Source of the DNA: Schmidtea polychroa
Taxonomy: Eukaryota
Assembly (NCBI GenBank): GCA_044892525.1
Contig: CM097885.1
Location: 189,472,001-189,536,000 of the forward strand
DNA: 64,000 nt
Reading direction: 5' to 3'
Position 1 is the stretch's first letter, and every line of letters starts with the position of its first letter. The notes below the pieces were generated by a model. That model saw nothing but the letters and a program-made list of their open reading frames with translations. It did not search any database and was not told the origin of the DNA. The position numbers and the translations under genes are program-made. Below are positions 39,900 to 54,984 of the stretch, piece by piece.

Positions 39900-41700
39900 A
39901 TTAATTCATATTTTTGATTACAAACTTGGTGTACAAATTAAACTTTTAGATTTTGTATCTCTTCCAGGTGAAAATTCGGAAATAATAGCCAACTCAATTA
40001 TAGAAATTGTGGAAATTTCGTTTAGAAAATAAAATTGTAGGCGTTTTTCGCAGATAATACAAATACAGACTTTGTTGGGCTTTTTAGAAAAGGAGCAAAT
40101 AATGTATATAGTAAACTTAAGAACCATATTCAGAAGCCGATTATTGTTGGTGGGTGTACTGCTCATATAGTTCACAATACTATTTAGTCAGTAGCAGATT
40201 AACTTCCTATTGATATTGAAGGAATCATAATTTAAATTTACAGTCACTTTTATATACATTTTTATGCATCATAAGTGGTTGGCTATGATGCCCGTTATTG
40301 AACGAATTTTAAAATTATATTCCCCCAAAAATCATATTTGCTATCCATTGACAACTGTCCAATAGTTCTGCATAAATGTTTCGAAGAAAATAGCTCAGAA
40401 TTGTGGTTATATTTTATGCATAGCCAGGCAGCAATATGTTGAGGATACCTAAATAACAAATTTATGAATAAATAAATAAAATTACTTGGGGGGGGGAATC
40501 GTCATGGGAATTCGGAAAAGAAAATGTAAGTAAAAAGAAATGAGAAATGAGAAAGAGAATGAAACAAAAAAATCATACAAAAAAACAAAAACAAAGGTCA
40601 GTACTAATTAATTAGTACACAAAGAAAAGGAATTTCAAAATCGAGAAAAACAGAAACAACAACAATGTGCTTATCTCGAAAGCTTGTCAGAAATAACGGG
40701 AACAAAAAGAAAACAGGCTGGACTCGCCAAAAGGTAAAACTAGAAAATATCTTGACAGCTATCAAAGATAACTCGGTTGCAGGAAAAAGTTGGAAAAATA
40801 TGTTAGAGGAAAAAATGGGAAATTAAAGATAATCTGAAGTGCCACAAAGTGACCAGGTATAAAAGGAGAAAGCACAATAGAAGCAGACAGAAAAATTACG
40901 AGGGGATCAGTTAAAAAACAGTTGAATTAGAATATTTAAGACAGGACAATTAAAGTAGAATATTTGCGAGGAAACATTTACGTCAGGACATTGTGGAATA
41001 TTGTGGAACAGAGTAGCGACAGAAGATTTGAGACATAATATTTAATTTATTTTGAGAATTTGAAGAGAATTTAAGCAGAGAAATATACGAGAAAACAGAA
41101 ATAAAGGGATAAACCATAAGAGCTTATTCAGTTAACGACAGAATAAAGTTCTGAGAGTAAATCCAAGTCAAACTAGAAAACAACCAGTTGAATTACCAAT
41201 TGTTATACTTTTCAGTTGTGAGAGATTTGTCAAATCAAGGTTATACGCGAGTGCTATTCTTCACCATAGTGTTGTATAAGCACTGTATAATCGGTAGTTA
41301 ACTTGTTGGGCCAATTATATCATTCTGAAAATATTAGTAATATTCAATAAAGTTTTCTGTGTTAATTGTTATTTGTGGGTCAAGGAAAGGCACGCTTGAA
41401 GTCAGAGAAACAATTCATTAATTATAAATTTCACCAACGACCCAATGACGCAATAAATATTTTACAATTCAGTGAGTATTGAAGGTGATAAAATTACAAT
41501 TATTGAAGTATTGACGGAAATAGACAATTTAAAATTGAAGTTAAAAGAAATAATGGATACGCAGTATCTACCTCTAAATATGTCCGTAGTCAGCTAAGAA
41601 ATTTAGAAGAAAATGATTGGTCCAAAATAAATTCCTTCAAATCCAATACGAATAATTTTTATAAAAATGTATTCAATATTTAGAAGTTCACATATCACAA
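39900..41700 (+). pseudogene. Decayed hAT-like transposase split by a solo LTR
   Basis: GCTAHIVHN, WLAMMPVIERILKLY and ELWLYFMHSQAAI | FYNSVSIEG rejoin across 40437-41455. Confidence 0.7.
40437..41455 (-). mobile_element. Solo LTR, subfamily B, reverse orientation
   Basis: Starts TGTTGAGGATACC (reverse complement of the family end); 4-bp TSD AATA. Confidence 0.85.
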
Positions 41701-43554
41701 TTTTAACATTTAATTAAATTATAGTCACACCAATTTTTAAATACATCTGGACGTGATCCTCCGCATTTGGATCACCTTGAGCTCCTTCCCATGATGGAGG
41801 TGGACCATAATAATAAACTATATCCTTATATTTTTTCCAATCTTAGCTGTTAAGGGACCAATAAAAATTATGTTCCGCTCATTCTGCATATTGAATATGT
41901 TGAATGTGGTCTTTTGCTCTTTGGTCCAGTGGTACAATCCAATCTTTGTTCTTTAAATCCCACGTATAATATTTTCATTTTTTTCGTCCCAATTGTCCAT
42001 TGTATCACCAAGTCCTGTTCCAGTACTCCATGGACGTTTGATTTTATTATATTTACTTCTATTGTGAATTTTTTTTAATTGTATTATTTTTAATCTTAGA
42101 TCTACTTCCTGAGTATGACGACATAATAGACCTTTAGTTACCTCATCAAGGGCTGGTTTTGGTTTTGGTTCTGGTGTTGCTAATGGTTTTTTCATATTAG
42201 TTTCACCTGGTTTTAATGGTTTATAAGGCTTTTTGGTTTAGGTTCTTCAATACATGATTGCGGTGTTTCTATCGTTGGCCATCTTTGTTTCGGTGTTGAT
42301 TGAGCAGCATTTTTAAGATACCAATCATCCATTGCCTATCGATATTTTTCATATCTTCCAGGTATTTAGCATAAGATGAACGTGTTATTTGTTCGGGTGT
42401 TTTTCTGTTCCATAAGTTCTTTTTCTTGAGGTACTTAGAATCAGTTGGTCTCTACTGCTTTAATTTCCAGTCAGATTGGGATTTGTAACATTTACATCTG
42501 TTTATATTACGCTAGGTAATTCATTGTACGACATTTTTTAAAGTTAATCGATTTAATCAATAAATTCAAATTTGTTTTCTCTAATATATTGTTAATAATA
42601 TTTCTTAAGTGCTGGGTTATTAGTATATATTATTTATTCTCTTCTGGGTAATTTATTCTTTTTCTCTGTGATGAGTAATTTATTGTACCAGTAATATAAT
42701 TATTTATTTACCCAGTTATTTAAATATTATACTTACCCAGTAAAATTATTTGACTAACCTACCCATCTCGTCTCTCCTCACCCCTTTCTATTTCCCCCTT
42801 TAAATCCCCTCCTCTACATTTTTATGTTTAGTAGTCGCCTGTGTGGTGCCCGGCAGCGCGATACGTGAAATTAGTAAACATAAAAATCTGGATAAGAGAA
42901 AAAAGAAAAAGAGAAGAACGGACAAGAACTAGGTAAACATAAAATAATATTTATTCTTTCTAATTTGTGTTTTAAAAATTAATATTTATTTAGTATTTAC
43001 TGTAATTGACATATTTTATACTCTATATTTTCTAAAAATATATTATAATTTGTGAAAAAATATTTTGTCAATTGAAATTTAAAAAGTTCATTCAGGAAGA
43101 GGAATTTTCCTCCGCGGACACTTTTAACATCGGGTTCTGGAAATAAATAATTTTTTAATTTTACAGCACGGACAGCTATGAAACTCACGTTACGCCACTG
43201 ATGATAAAGCTTTAAAAAATAAATTATATAAATTACATAAGTTCTAATTTTACAATAGTTTAAGTATATAAAACTATTTTATTTACTTATTGTAAATTTC
43301 TTTATAAATTAATTTTCAATTACATTTCATTTGAAATTATATAACCTTGTTATGCAAAATTTTTATTCTAATAAAGATTAATAAAATGTAAAAGTATTTT
43401 GACAAAGACTTTAATTTAATATCCATTGTAAAATATTTTAACAAATATTTAAATTTTCCTGTTTTGTTTAAATTAGTGAATTCAAACTATTCTGAACTGT
43501 ACTAGAATTTGAAATAATCTTATTAGTAAACTTTGATAAACGCATTAAATCGAA

Positions 43555-46500
43555 ATGAATCCTGACAATCAAGCCAAAGGTTTTGAAAGTGAAAATATAT
43601 TAGATTCAATAATTTATTTATTTCAAATATTTTCAGATGCTGCGCCTCCACCATATCCTCAAAATCCCCCATATCCGCCAGGTAGTATAGGATTTAAATA
43701 ATAATATTTTCATAACAATCTTAATTTTTTAATCATTTGACTGCTGCGGTATAACTGGGAATTAAGTTATTCTTACGGATTGTCAATTTTTACACCGGAA
43801 CTTTTATTTGGCATGCTTCCTTAAAATTCACTTGGCTCATAAATATCCGTTAATTTTACCACTAGAATGTTATACAATAAAATTTATTTAATCAATAAAT
43901 TAATTAATTACAATTTTAAATTAATTACAAAATCATTTATAGATTAATGCCATTTCTTATCCTATTGTCATGGAGAAATTTTAGTAACTGATAGACTATA
44001 CCAAGCCAACTACGCCAGCTGTTTGTATTATACGATAAGTATTGTTTGGCAGCCAATATTTCCATTCCTTAATTCATATAAACCGTATTTTATTGATTAT
44101 TCCAATACAGTCGTTGTTTATTTGAAAACCAACATACTAATTCTATAACTATAAATGTCGGCCTATAGTTTTGAATTTTAGCAGCAACCTTATGCGGCTT
44201 TGTCTTAACAGAATATCAGCATTGATAAGGTCATTGAAAATATTTTCTAACCATCTGTATGTTTAATAGTAACCATATTTTTTATTAATTTTAATCGCAA
44301 TATTATCTTATTTAACTTAGCAATATATTGATTAGTTATTATTTTTCTTTTATTATTATTATCATTATTATGTCACATTGTGAATTAAATTATGGATTAA
44401 TTGAGTTGATATTTAGCCGGCCAATACCAACCTGGACAACCTATTCAAACAGGCCAGCCTCAAGTAGTCTACCAAACAATCATACAAAACCAAGTTTATG
44501 GCTGCCTACCGATCAATATGGTGTGCCCCCATTGCCAGGCCCAAATTGTTACTGGAATTCGATACGATAATGGATTACTAACTTGGTTATTGTGTGGTGG
44601 ACTCGCCTTATTGGGGTTGGTTTTATTTTTTAATTATTCTTTTTTAATTGTCAATTTTTTAAATTCACATGTGACTTGGTTGATTTATCATTGGAGGGTT
44701 CTCAAGATATTTTGAAGATTTGATAATTATGTTTAAAAATTAAGTTTATTGTTTAATTTTATATGTGTGTATGTTAATACATCCGGTATTAATCTCAGTT
44801 GATATTCTATTAGTATATTATGTAATATATAAAATATACGTAGATTTGTATATATGATATGTTAAAGTATGTTTTGTGCATAGTTGAACTCGGTGTGTTG
44901 GAATTTTATTAATACAGTCTTTTTTTACATTGAATCGGACAAAATATTTAATTGTTTATAATCTGAATGTCAAAATACAAATACAAACATTTAAAGATCA
45001 TAATAAAGTAAAAATAAAATACAAAATTCACTGATTTTCATTTAACTTATAGGCAATTTCTCAAAGCTTCATAAGACCTCTTTGGAGTCTATGTAATTTT
45101 AAAAAAGTCGATAGTATTTCAGGGGTCTACGAAGGGTTAATGATAAATTGACGATGATAAATGTAGAGTCTACATCATACTCTAGTATCTTGCTAGCAAA
45201 GTTTTCATCGTTATATAAAGTTTTTTTCATTGCAAACTCTTCATCAAATATTCAATCCCTAAACCTTGAAAAATTATTTAAACTTTTCAAAATTGCTTTT
45301 TATATGCCTTTGATTCTTCATTGTTTCGTAATATTTATTTCGTGATATTTGAAAATCTCAGTTCAAATGATTCTATAACTGATCTCCGAAGATCTAAAAA
45401 GAGTAGTTATCGATTATTTAAAAAAGATCGATTTATTGATAGTAATTAATTGCAAATTATACACATTATCATGATAATTCAATGCAAATTATTCACATTT
45501 ACAATATCACATTTCGATCAATTTATAATACATTAATCACATCAATTGCTATTATTTTAAGATCGAAAAATCACCAAAATTTGTTTTCTCCAGTGAATTT
45601 CACTTTGGTAAAATTCCAAAATCCATAAAAAATCCATAAAATAAACAAATCGATTTTCGAACAAAAATAATTTCTAGAAAACTTTTTTTTAATGAAATTC
45701 TAATATAGGTAACAAAAATGCATGGAAAATATGGTTCATTTTTATTGAAATATTTCCCGTTGTGTTGGCCATTTGCGTAGGTTAAATTCAGTTNNNNNNN
45801 NNNNNNNNNNNNNNNNNNNNNNNNNNNNNNNNNNNNNNNNNNNNNNNNNNNNNNNNNNNNNNNNNNNNNNNNNNNNNNNNNNNNNNNNNNNNNNNNNNNN
45901 NNNNNNNNNNNNNNNNNNNNNNNNNNNNNNNNNNNNNNNNNNNNNNNNNNNNNNNNNNNNNNNNNNNNNNNNNNTATTAAATAATATCATATTGAATAAT
46001 TCCGAATAAAAAGAAACCCGAAATTGAACGAAAAAGAATGGCGGCCAAGCACAGAAGTAGTGGCAAAGAAAGATATGATAAAAATAGAACTATAAAAGGG
46101 TTCAATCAGACACGAAATGGAAAAATGCGCAAACCTGAGGAAGTGAAATAAAGTGAAATTTTATCGAAATTGAAACTGGAAAACGATAGAGGGGTAGATT
46201 AGATGATGGTGAAGAAGACAGTGAGCAAGAAATTGTTAGAAAATGTTTAGAAATGGTCGTAAAACAGGCAAATATGAAAAAACACAAAATATTAATTAAT
46301 TAATTTAATTGGCTAATGGAAAACTCGAGCTAACGGGAAGTCCGAGCCAATGGAGAACCCGAGCGATGAAGAAAACCCGAGCGCGGCAATGTTGGAGAAT
46401 AAACAAACTGAGAATTTAGAGGGCAATTATCCAAATAGTCGGATAAACGAGGGTAAACAAAAGAAGGGGAATTACTAAGAAGGTCAACAGAAATGACTAA

Positions 46501-49500
46501 TTAGAGAATGATAACTAAGGAAGTCAAAACCAATTAGGTCAATTACAACGATTATGGGATTATATTAGGAAACTCCAAATTCAGATAATCGGCAGTAGCC
46601 TTAGGTAGGGAAGAAGAAACTGACAATAGGAATTTGAGGAACAAGGTTAAGAAAAAGAAGAATTATAAGAGGAACTAAAGAATTTGAAAAGGAGGATTAA
46701 AGGAGTTCGAATCAGAGAGTGGGATCAAATAGAAGGTGAAACTTATTTTTAAATCGCACAAGGTCGAGACTTTCTAGAGCGGAGTTCGATCAGAAATTGT
46801 GAGCAAAATAGTAGTTAACTAAAAGTTGTAATTATTTATTGAGAATTGTAAATTTGCTATAAATCAAATATACGTTAGTAGATTGTATTTATCGATTTTT
46901 GGGACTCGTGGAGTCAGAGTAACATTGGTCGACTTTTTNNNNNNNNNNNNNNNNNNNNNNNNNNNNNNNNNNNNNNNNNNNNNNNNNNNNNNNNNNNNNN
47001 NNNNNNNNNNNNNNNNNNNNNNNNNNNNNNNNNNNNNNNNNNNNNNNNNNNNNNNNNNNNNNNNNNNNNNNNNNNNNNNNNNNNNNNNNNNNNNNNNNNN
47101 NNNNNNCTGTAATTTTCTCTTTAACAATTTTGATTTACGGACTGAACAAATGTGTGCAGTGAAAATTATTTTTCAACAAACAGCAGAAACTGAAGATACA
47201 TTTGCAGGAAACTGTTAAATATACCTATTAGCAGTTATTGCTATTTTGATTTATCTATGATTTTGGTTATCAAAAATTAGTTGAAAAATCAATTTGATTC
47301 ACTAGAATCTAGTGACTAGATAAATCGTTTCGTTTAGATTGACTTTCAAGAGTCAGATCAGACAAAATGATCACAAAACCTTCCATCTGGCTCGGTTAGT
47401 TTTGACAGACCCCGGTTAAAAATACACCTCAGTTGAAGGAATATTGTTTAATTTTAATAAAATATTAGAATAATATATTAATATACGAGTTACAATTTTA
47501 TATTTTTATAAAAATTAGTACAAAATTTTTCAATAGATATTATTTTAAAAAACAAATTGTCTTTAAGCTTTAATCAAGTGATAGCTTTAAAAATATTGAT
47601 ATTTGACCATAAAATAATCCAATTTAGATTTATGTTATGTTGTAAATTTAAATTTAATTTTCAGAAGCAAAAATTATTATTTCCAAAATCACTATTTACT
47701 CAACATCATTTGCTTTATATTACGACTTAATTTGTAATTTAAATTTCTGACACCTTAACATGAGGCCCGGATGAATAATTTTTTTTGAATTGGGCCTTTT
47801 AACAAAAAAGATTGCCCATCCGATTATTAACGAACATACGATATTTTAATGTCATGATAGAAAATTTCACTATCGTTTTATTCATTGGTGATATAATTTC
47901 TTAAATTTGAAATCAAAATCCTTGAACATTAAATCTTGACATTATTGGCTTTTTAAATGAAAAGATGTTCTTAAGATTTGAATAAATTGTCATCTGCAAG
48001 CGTTGAACCTTGATTATAAGGAGGATAATTCAATATCATTTTCTTCTGGATAATTTTTTAAGTATTTGAGAAAGTTTTGTCTTTTTGGAGAATCCTATAT
48101 TTACCATATGTGATGATATGATATCATTATAAATGTCTACGATGATACTTGTAAATGTTTTATGAGGATATCTATAAATGTAAACTGTTAAAAAATTTAT
48201 TCCGATATTCCAATATCCGAAATTGCAGCATACCTCCTTCAACACGTATAGGTTCTTCGTATAACATGATTTACAATATAACATTTAAAAATCTGATATC
48301 TTCCTTCAAATAATTTGTGTCACGAAGTAGTCTATAGTGTCACCATATGTACAAAAGTTTATGTTTCAAATTAAATAAATTCATTTCTGATTTTAATTTT
48401 TATCTCTCAATTGTCGCGAAAAATAATTAATTAAATCGTATACTTGTCTGGTTTAAAACAGGCATAATCATCTTCAAGACAAAACTTATTTAGGTTTTCA
48501 GAAATTGACGGAATGTCAAGCGATAAATATTGTCAGCCCAATAAAAAATATAGAAGATTCACATCATTATTTAGTTTTAGTGACGAAAATTAAAAGTTAA
48601 TACATGGCTGAATTTTTTAAAAATATTAAATATAAAATGCTAACTAATGTTCATCTAATAATTTTTTGTTACAAAGCTTAAATCAAGAGAATTTCTTTTT
48701 ACTGGGACGCCTTAAAAATATTGATGTCAATTTAAAACCTTTGACTTTTTACAGTGCTTTGGCAACTAGATTTACTCCATGACACTTTTATGGTGATGAG
48801 TATACTCCTCGTTGTATATAAAGCGCTAAAACAACGGCAATCTCAATTATCAAAATTTATATGACTAATGAGTTTCGCATAACACGGATTCTATATAGCA
48901 AGGTACCATTCGACTGTGCTATACTAAGGTTAAATTCGATATTTATAGAAATCAATTTATTGCATCACAATTAACTTTTAAAATATTCACTGAAGATAAA
49001 CAGAGTTCATTTGTACATTCTATCGAGTTATTTATTAAAGATTTCATAGTTTTTCAATTTCCACAATTATAAAAATTTTAAATTTTAATTAAAAAAAATT
49101 AGACACAGATACTTTTCTTTCAAGGTATGATTATATCTAACTCTACTGTCCTTTTTAGATGATCATAGTGAGTCGACTCAAATCTTCTTTTCTTTCCTAA
49201 TTATTTTTGTTATTATTAAATTTTGAAATTGCAGATGAGCAGTTCTTTATAGAAGATGTCAGAACTTTTAATTTAGATTTTTCTCTTCGCTGATTTACCA
49301 CCTGACATATTACATTTTCAGTAATTTTTTTAAACTACTAAAATTTTATATTCCTTTAATTATTGAATCATCATAAATAATTTATAAAAGAAATTTTGAA
49401 AATTAAAAAAATTACTTTTTAAATGTGTGAAATATGCTTCTATTATTAATAAAATTAGAATAGTTAACGAATATTTTGATTAATAATAAGAAATTTAATT

Positions 49501-52500
49501 GTTTTTTGGATGCGGGAGCCAAAATAAGTGTCATTAGTAAAGAATTACTAAACGCACTCGAAAATTTAAAAGTTGAAAACACTAATTTATTGATAAAAAT
49601 TGCAAATGAGAGCTCGTTAAAAATATTACGAAAGGTTTTGTTAAAAATAAAAATTTTAAATCAAGAAAATAAGGTCGATTCCTATTCCAAATGAAATTTC
49701 GCCAATTTTAATTTCAGAATGGAAAATTAGAAATGTGAAATGGATAAACATTTTAAAGCGAGAGGGAATGTAGGATAACTGGAAATAATACCTATTTGAA
49801 ATAATATTATTGCATGTTGAATTTGTATGTCTGAATGTCAAAGGTGTAATATTATTATTGATGTATGTGCCTATCTTGCTCAATATACTTACAATACTTC
49901 ATCTGGAGGGATAATCAGTTTTCTTATATTAATAAATTATATGTCTCCAAAGTCTTCTAATAATAGTACTAATGTAATTTCAATCGTTTTATTTGTCGTT
50001 AAGTGTTGCTCGTTCTTTAGTGTTGCGTTATAATTGTATTTTGCAGTAGTAATTTCCTGATGTATGAAACAAAATAATTTTTCTCATTGGAATAATGCAT
50101 GAAGTGTTTACGATCTTATGATAGCAGTTGATAAATATTAATTGAAATGTTAGAAATCAAGTTTAAATCAATTTATTTGTTTTGGTGAATCAGAACTTCG
50201 ATGATATTTATTAATTTCAATTCACATCATCATATGGATTTGATTAATTGAATTGAATATAATTATTCAAAGAGCATTGTAATTAGGATGTTTTGCATAG
50301 TCATCTATTGTCCTTGTGATGACAATTAAATATTCAATATAAAAGTCACTTCACCTGCCCTTATTAAAAAATAAAAATACCCAACACAATTAAGTTAGAT
50401 TGCATTATGAAAACTTCGAAATTAAAAAAACTTTGTTACACTCAATAACAGTTTATTATAATAATTTTTCACTTCAATTCACGATCAATGTTATTATTTC
50501 ATATAGCAATTTATAGCAAAGTTAATAAGTGAATTCAAACTAAACTTTTAACACTTGACACATTAGCTTTGATAAATAATATGGATAACTGCAATCTGAC
50601 AGGTTGCTATTACGCCTGTCAAACTTGACTATCGTTTGTTTGAGTTTTCATTCATTATATTTAAAAGAATTAGAGTTCCTAGCATATCATAACATTTAGC
50701 CATTAACATGCGAAGTTCTTCTCGACTATCTCAAGTCTATAAAAGAAATGAACAGGTTACTGATTGTTAAAAAATTCATTCCGAACGGGATTTTTGTTTC
50801 GGAAGTAATGATTGAAGAAGTGTTTGTACGTAAAATTATTTTTCTACCACTTTCTCAATTTCTATATAAAAACCTCTAAGTTTTGAAACATTAAATTTTT
50901 ACACACAGGTAAGTTTGTGTGTTCCTATACTATAACTAATTCGATTTCGTTTAAGATTATAGAAACTCTTATATTTTGGAATTAGGTGTATTATTTATTT
51001 CAAGAAAAAATATTTTACATCTGTAAGTTGTAATACAATGCATTGTAACCTATTTAGTGATGAAATACAAGGCATCCTCGTTAAACACATTAGAATAGTG
51101 CAGTATTACATAGAATCTGTAATAAACAAAACTTATATAGAAATTTTGATAATCCTTATCGTGTTATATGAAAACCTTGTTAATCAAAGTTTACGAGTAA
51201 TTTAAATGTAATATGGAATCCAAATTTTGCAAAAGTGTGAATATTTCTTGTTCTAATAAATAATATCTATTGTGAGAGGAAGCACTGTCAACAGCATCAT
51301 TTTTGGTTTAATTTTAACAAGTTTTTCCTCGTCTTTCAAATATTTAAAAAAAAATTTAGTCTCTAAATGCGTGATCTAGTTTCATTCATTAGTTTGAATT
51401 TAGATCTGATCAGACTCAAAATTTTTTTGGCTTAAATATCAAAATTTTTTAACTATAGAATATTTGTTTTTATTTTATTTTTAATTTTTTATTTTAATTT
51501 TCGAAATAGTTATTATTTCAAAGGGTAAATTACTGGAACAGGAATATTTCAATTTTATTTTCCAAATATCATAGACGAAATCATACGTCCGATCAAATTT
51601 GTGTAATGAGGAAAAGTTCTTAGAATTTTCTGCTCTACAAAACAGAGTTTAAAATAATTTTCTATGAATGTCAGCGGCGTAACAGTAGTTTGAGCAAAGA
51701 CAAATAATTATCAAATTTACATCTAAAAATGTTAAAGAAACAAAATAATTTAAAATGTAAAATGTAATTTTTTATAATAAATTCTGGTTTAATAAAATAG
51801 TTTTTAAATGTTATTTTATTTCTTATACAAAAATTTGTTCAAAATGTTCAGCTGCTGAGCAGGCTTCAGAAAAACTTTGCACGTGGTTCTAAAATGTGCA
51901 GTGGATGCATAACTTCTAAGTTTCTTATAATATGAATTGCATGTAATACTATACCATTCTGCCATGTTATACTAGGGTTAATCAAAGTATAAATATGTGT
52001 GAAGTATTATTTAAATAAAATTTTTCATTTATTCCATTACACTATGTGTAAGACATGTGAACTCTGTTATTAAAAGCTGCTAGCACATCTTCTAAATTAT
52101 TTTTTAAATCAGGTTTAAAAGTTAACGTCATAATTCCAAGTATTTATTTAATGAAATATTGTAAAATTTTCAAACAAATTTTCAGCTTGAATAAAATATT
52201 TTCGAAACCATTTATTAAAATTTCGATATTTAAAATATATTTATTTAAAAATTATTTACTAATAAAATTTCTTTTAAAAACTTCTTTATTTAAAGTTTAT
52301 CTTTAACAAAATCTCTTTTCAATTTAAAAATTATTTTAAAACTTGTTTTAATAGTCCATTATTTATCATTTAAAATTATCTTAATAAATCATTGAAACAT
52401 TTAATTCTCAGCTGAAAATACCTCACACGAGGGTTACTTGTAAATGCAAAAAAATATACAATCTATACTGTGAAATAATAACAAAATTAGAAACTGATTC

Positions 52501-53765
52501 ATCTTACAAGAAAATCAACTATATATAGTTAATAAACTCGATAATTTTCTCTATTTGACTTATATTTCATATTATTAATGTACAAATTGATGAGTAAACA
52601 TTGAATTTACAGTCGCGAAGGGTTCAGAAATCTGTTAAAAATTTTGTTTTAATCACATTTGTCTTGCTTATTGCAATTCTTAAATTTGACTATTCAAGAA
52701 ACATTGATAATAATTTTTGTGCTTCATTGAATTTGAATTCATATTTATTATCTTAAAAAACAAAATTTATTTTTGCATCAATTGAAATTTTATTTGAAAT
52801 TGAATTAGTTACATACGATATTTAGCACCATTGGTTTTACTGAGAAATTTGTGTTTGTAAGTAATTGTAATTGATTTATTGATCAAGTGCTCTACGCTGC
52901 ACATTTTCTATGTGTTTTCCAATTCTTTGCATTTTCTCTATTATAGACTTTACTTGACATAATACAATTCAATTAACTGCACAAACCGTTATATAATTTT
53001 TTTAATTTATATTAATTATATAGTTATAAACTTGTAAAGAATAAAACATATAATAAAGAGAATAGGCTATGCCAAGAATTTATTATTGTCGAATAACGTA
53101 ATAAATTAAATATTGAATTTTGTCTTTGGTTTTCTGACATATAAAATTTAAATTTTAAACATCATTGCACATATGCAACCTACTTTGGTAAAATTTATTT
53201 AATCTCCCGCTTTCACCTTAATGAAAACATTAAAACAAAACTTGACCATCCCTTGAACATTTATAAAACTACATAAGAAAGCATTGAAAATACCAAATTC
53301 TAAAAGATTGGTTATAAAATTCTTTACAAAGACTAGTCGTCCAAATCTTTATCAAAAAAGATTTTTCTTTCAAAATTCAACTTTCATCCAAATATATTTT
53401 ATTAGTTTTTGTCACGGAAAAAAAAGATAAAATTATTTTACAGTAAAGTCTTCATGTATCGAACTTCCTATATGTGCACTAGAAACAAATAAATCGTACC
53501 ATAGAGTGGTGTACCATATGTAATGAGGAAGAATAATGAAACTATTGAGAATCTTTGGAGTTCTTTGTGCCATATATTTCAATATAATAATTATAAATGA
53601 TTCAATTAAACAAATTCTTTCATATTATATTAATAGTTAATTTGTTTATATTTCAGCTGTTGGTTGGGATGTTGTTTGATTCCGTTTTGCGTCGACGACT
53701 GTAAAGATGTGATTCACGTTTGTCCAAGTTGCAACATGAAAGTGGGAGAGCATCGAAGAGTTTAA
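43555..53765 (+). CDS. LITAF: LITAF-domain protein, 125 aa; exons 43555-43579, 43637-43681, 44417-44615, 53657-53765
   Basis: Spliced translation [27 protein letters not shown]...CPHC...[37 protein letters not shown]; GT-AG boundaries in consistent phases; AATAAA at ~53891. Confidence 0.9.
45975..46938 (-). mobile_element. Solo LTR, subfamily A, both ends lost in gaps (inside LITAF intron 3)
   Basis: Reverse-complement match to 4984-6022 (CTCGGGTTT repeats, AATTAATTAATT, CTCTGACTCC). Confidence 0.75.
49476..49694 (+). pseudogene. Retrotransposon aspartic protease remnant
   Basis: [12 protein letters not shown]...[15 protein letters not shown] matches the Gypsy protease pattern. Confidence 0.6.
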
Positions 53766-54984
53766 TTTGAGACATAAATTTAAATTGATTAAAACAATCT
53801 AATTTATTATTTCTAAAGTAAAACTACGTATATATTCATATTGTATCAAACTCAATTTCGAGTTAATTTGTTATTTGATGGAATTATTATAATAAAATTT
53901 TTATTAGAGACTCCTTGTCGTATTTTTTGTTGTTTAAACTGACTGCATAATTCCACACCAACCTTCTGCCTGTTGGTTAGTTATATTTTTTCGAAAACCC
54001 GAAATGTTTACTGCCATGTTTTCATAAAAAATTCTCCCTAATTTTATTTAAATGTCAATTAATTCCCACACACATACACACATACACACACAGAAGGAAA
54101 TTAAGCATTTGGCCCAATTCACTTCTATACAGCCCTATTTCTCCTGTATTTCTGCTGCACTAGTTCTACTTGATGTTAAACGAGCACTTTTCCATTGATT
54201 AGTTTTTTCCCCAGAAAAGTCGAATGATAGATTTCGAGAATTTCTCCATTCGTTTTTTCATAGAATTATTCCGAACTGGGTTTCCTGTTTAAATGTCTGG
54301 CAATTGTAAATCAGTTTATTGGATAGATAACTTTTAACTAATCAATTAAATTATAAGTAATTTATTTTTTATTTTTATATTTAAAACAAAGATATTTGAT
54401 CAAGTTTTTATATATGAACAGAGTTCTATAGGGAAAGGTCATTTATAAGCAAATATTGACTAAACTAAGATTAATGTAAAAAGAAATTATAGAACCGATA
54501 ACCAAGGGACTCAGCTGGTTACAAATATGAAACAATAAGTCTGAATTAAGATTGAATAAAGTGCGCTTGGAAATAAGTAATAATGCACTTCAGTAATTTA
54601 CGTAATTGCGTTCGTCGAATACAGTCTTTGATAGTTTCTTTGGACCAGCAAAAATTACGCGACTTAAAAGTTAATTAAAAGATTATTAAAATCTGATTTG
54701 CACACTGACTTGAGGAGCTATCGAGATTTAGCGTAACATTTTTTGGAAACTTCATAATAAATATCTTCTATTTTTGAAAAATCACATATTGCACAACACC
54801 AAAACGTAATTGATAATGGTTTAAATGACATTAATTTAGAGTTTAAATAATATAAAAAAAATTGGTGTCTGAGAGTCATAACCAAAACCGACATTAAATA
54901 AGTGTTATTAGTTAAAGCTTGCTGTATTTTCAGTAATGTTAAACGAATATAGCATAGTTGAAATTTTCTCAATTTTCTCAATAT

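Noticed and set aside
42825-42875. Helitron 3' hairpin
   Set aside because: GC-rich but lacks a clean hairpin and CTRR terminus.
44180-44235. Alternative LITAF exon
   Set aside because: It gives a stop codon in the required phase.
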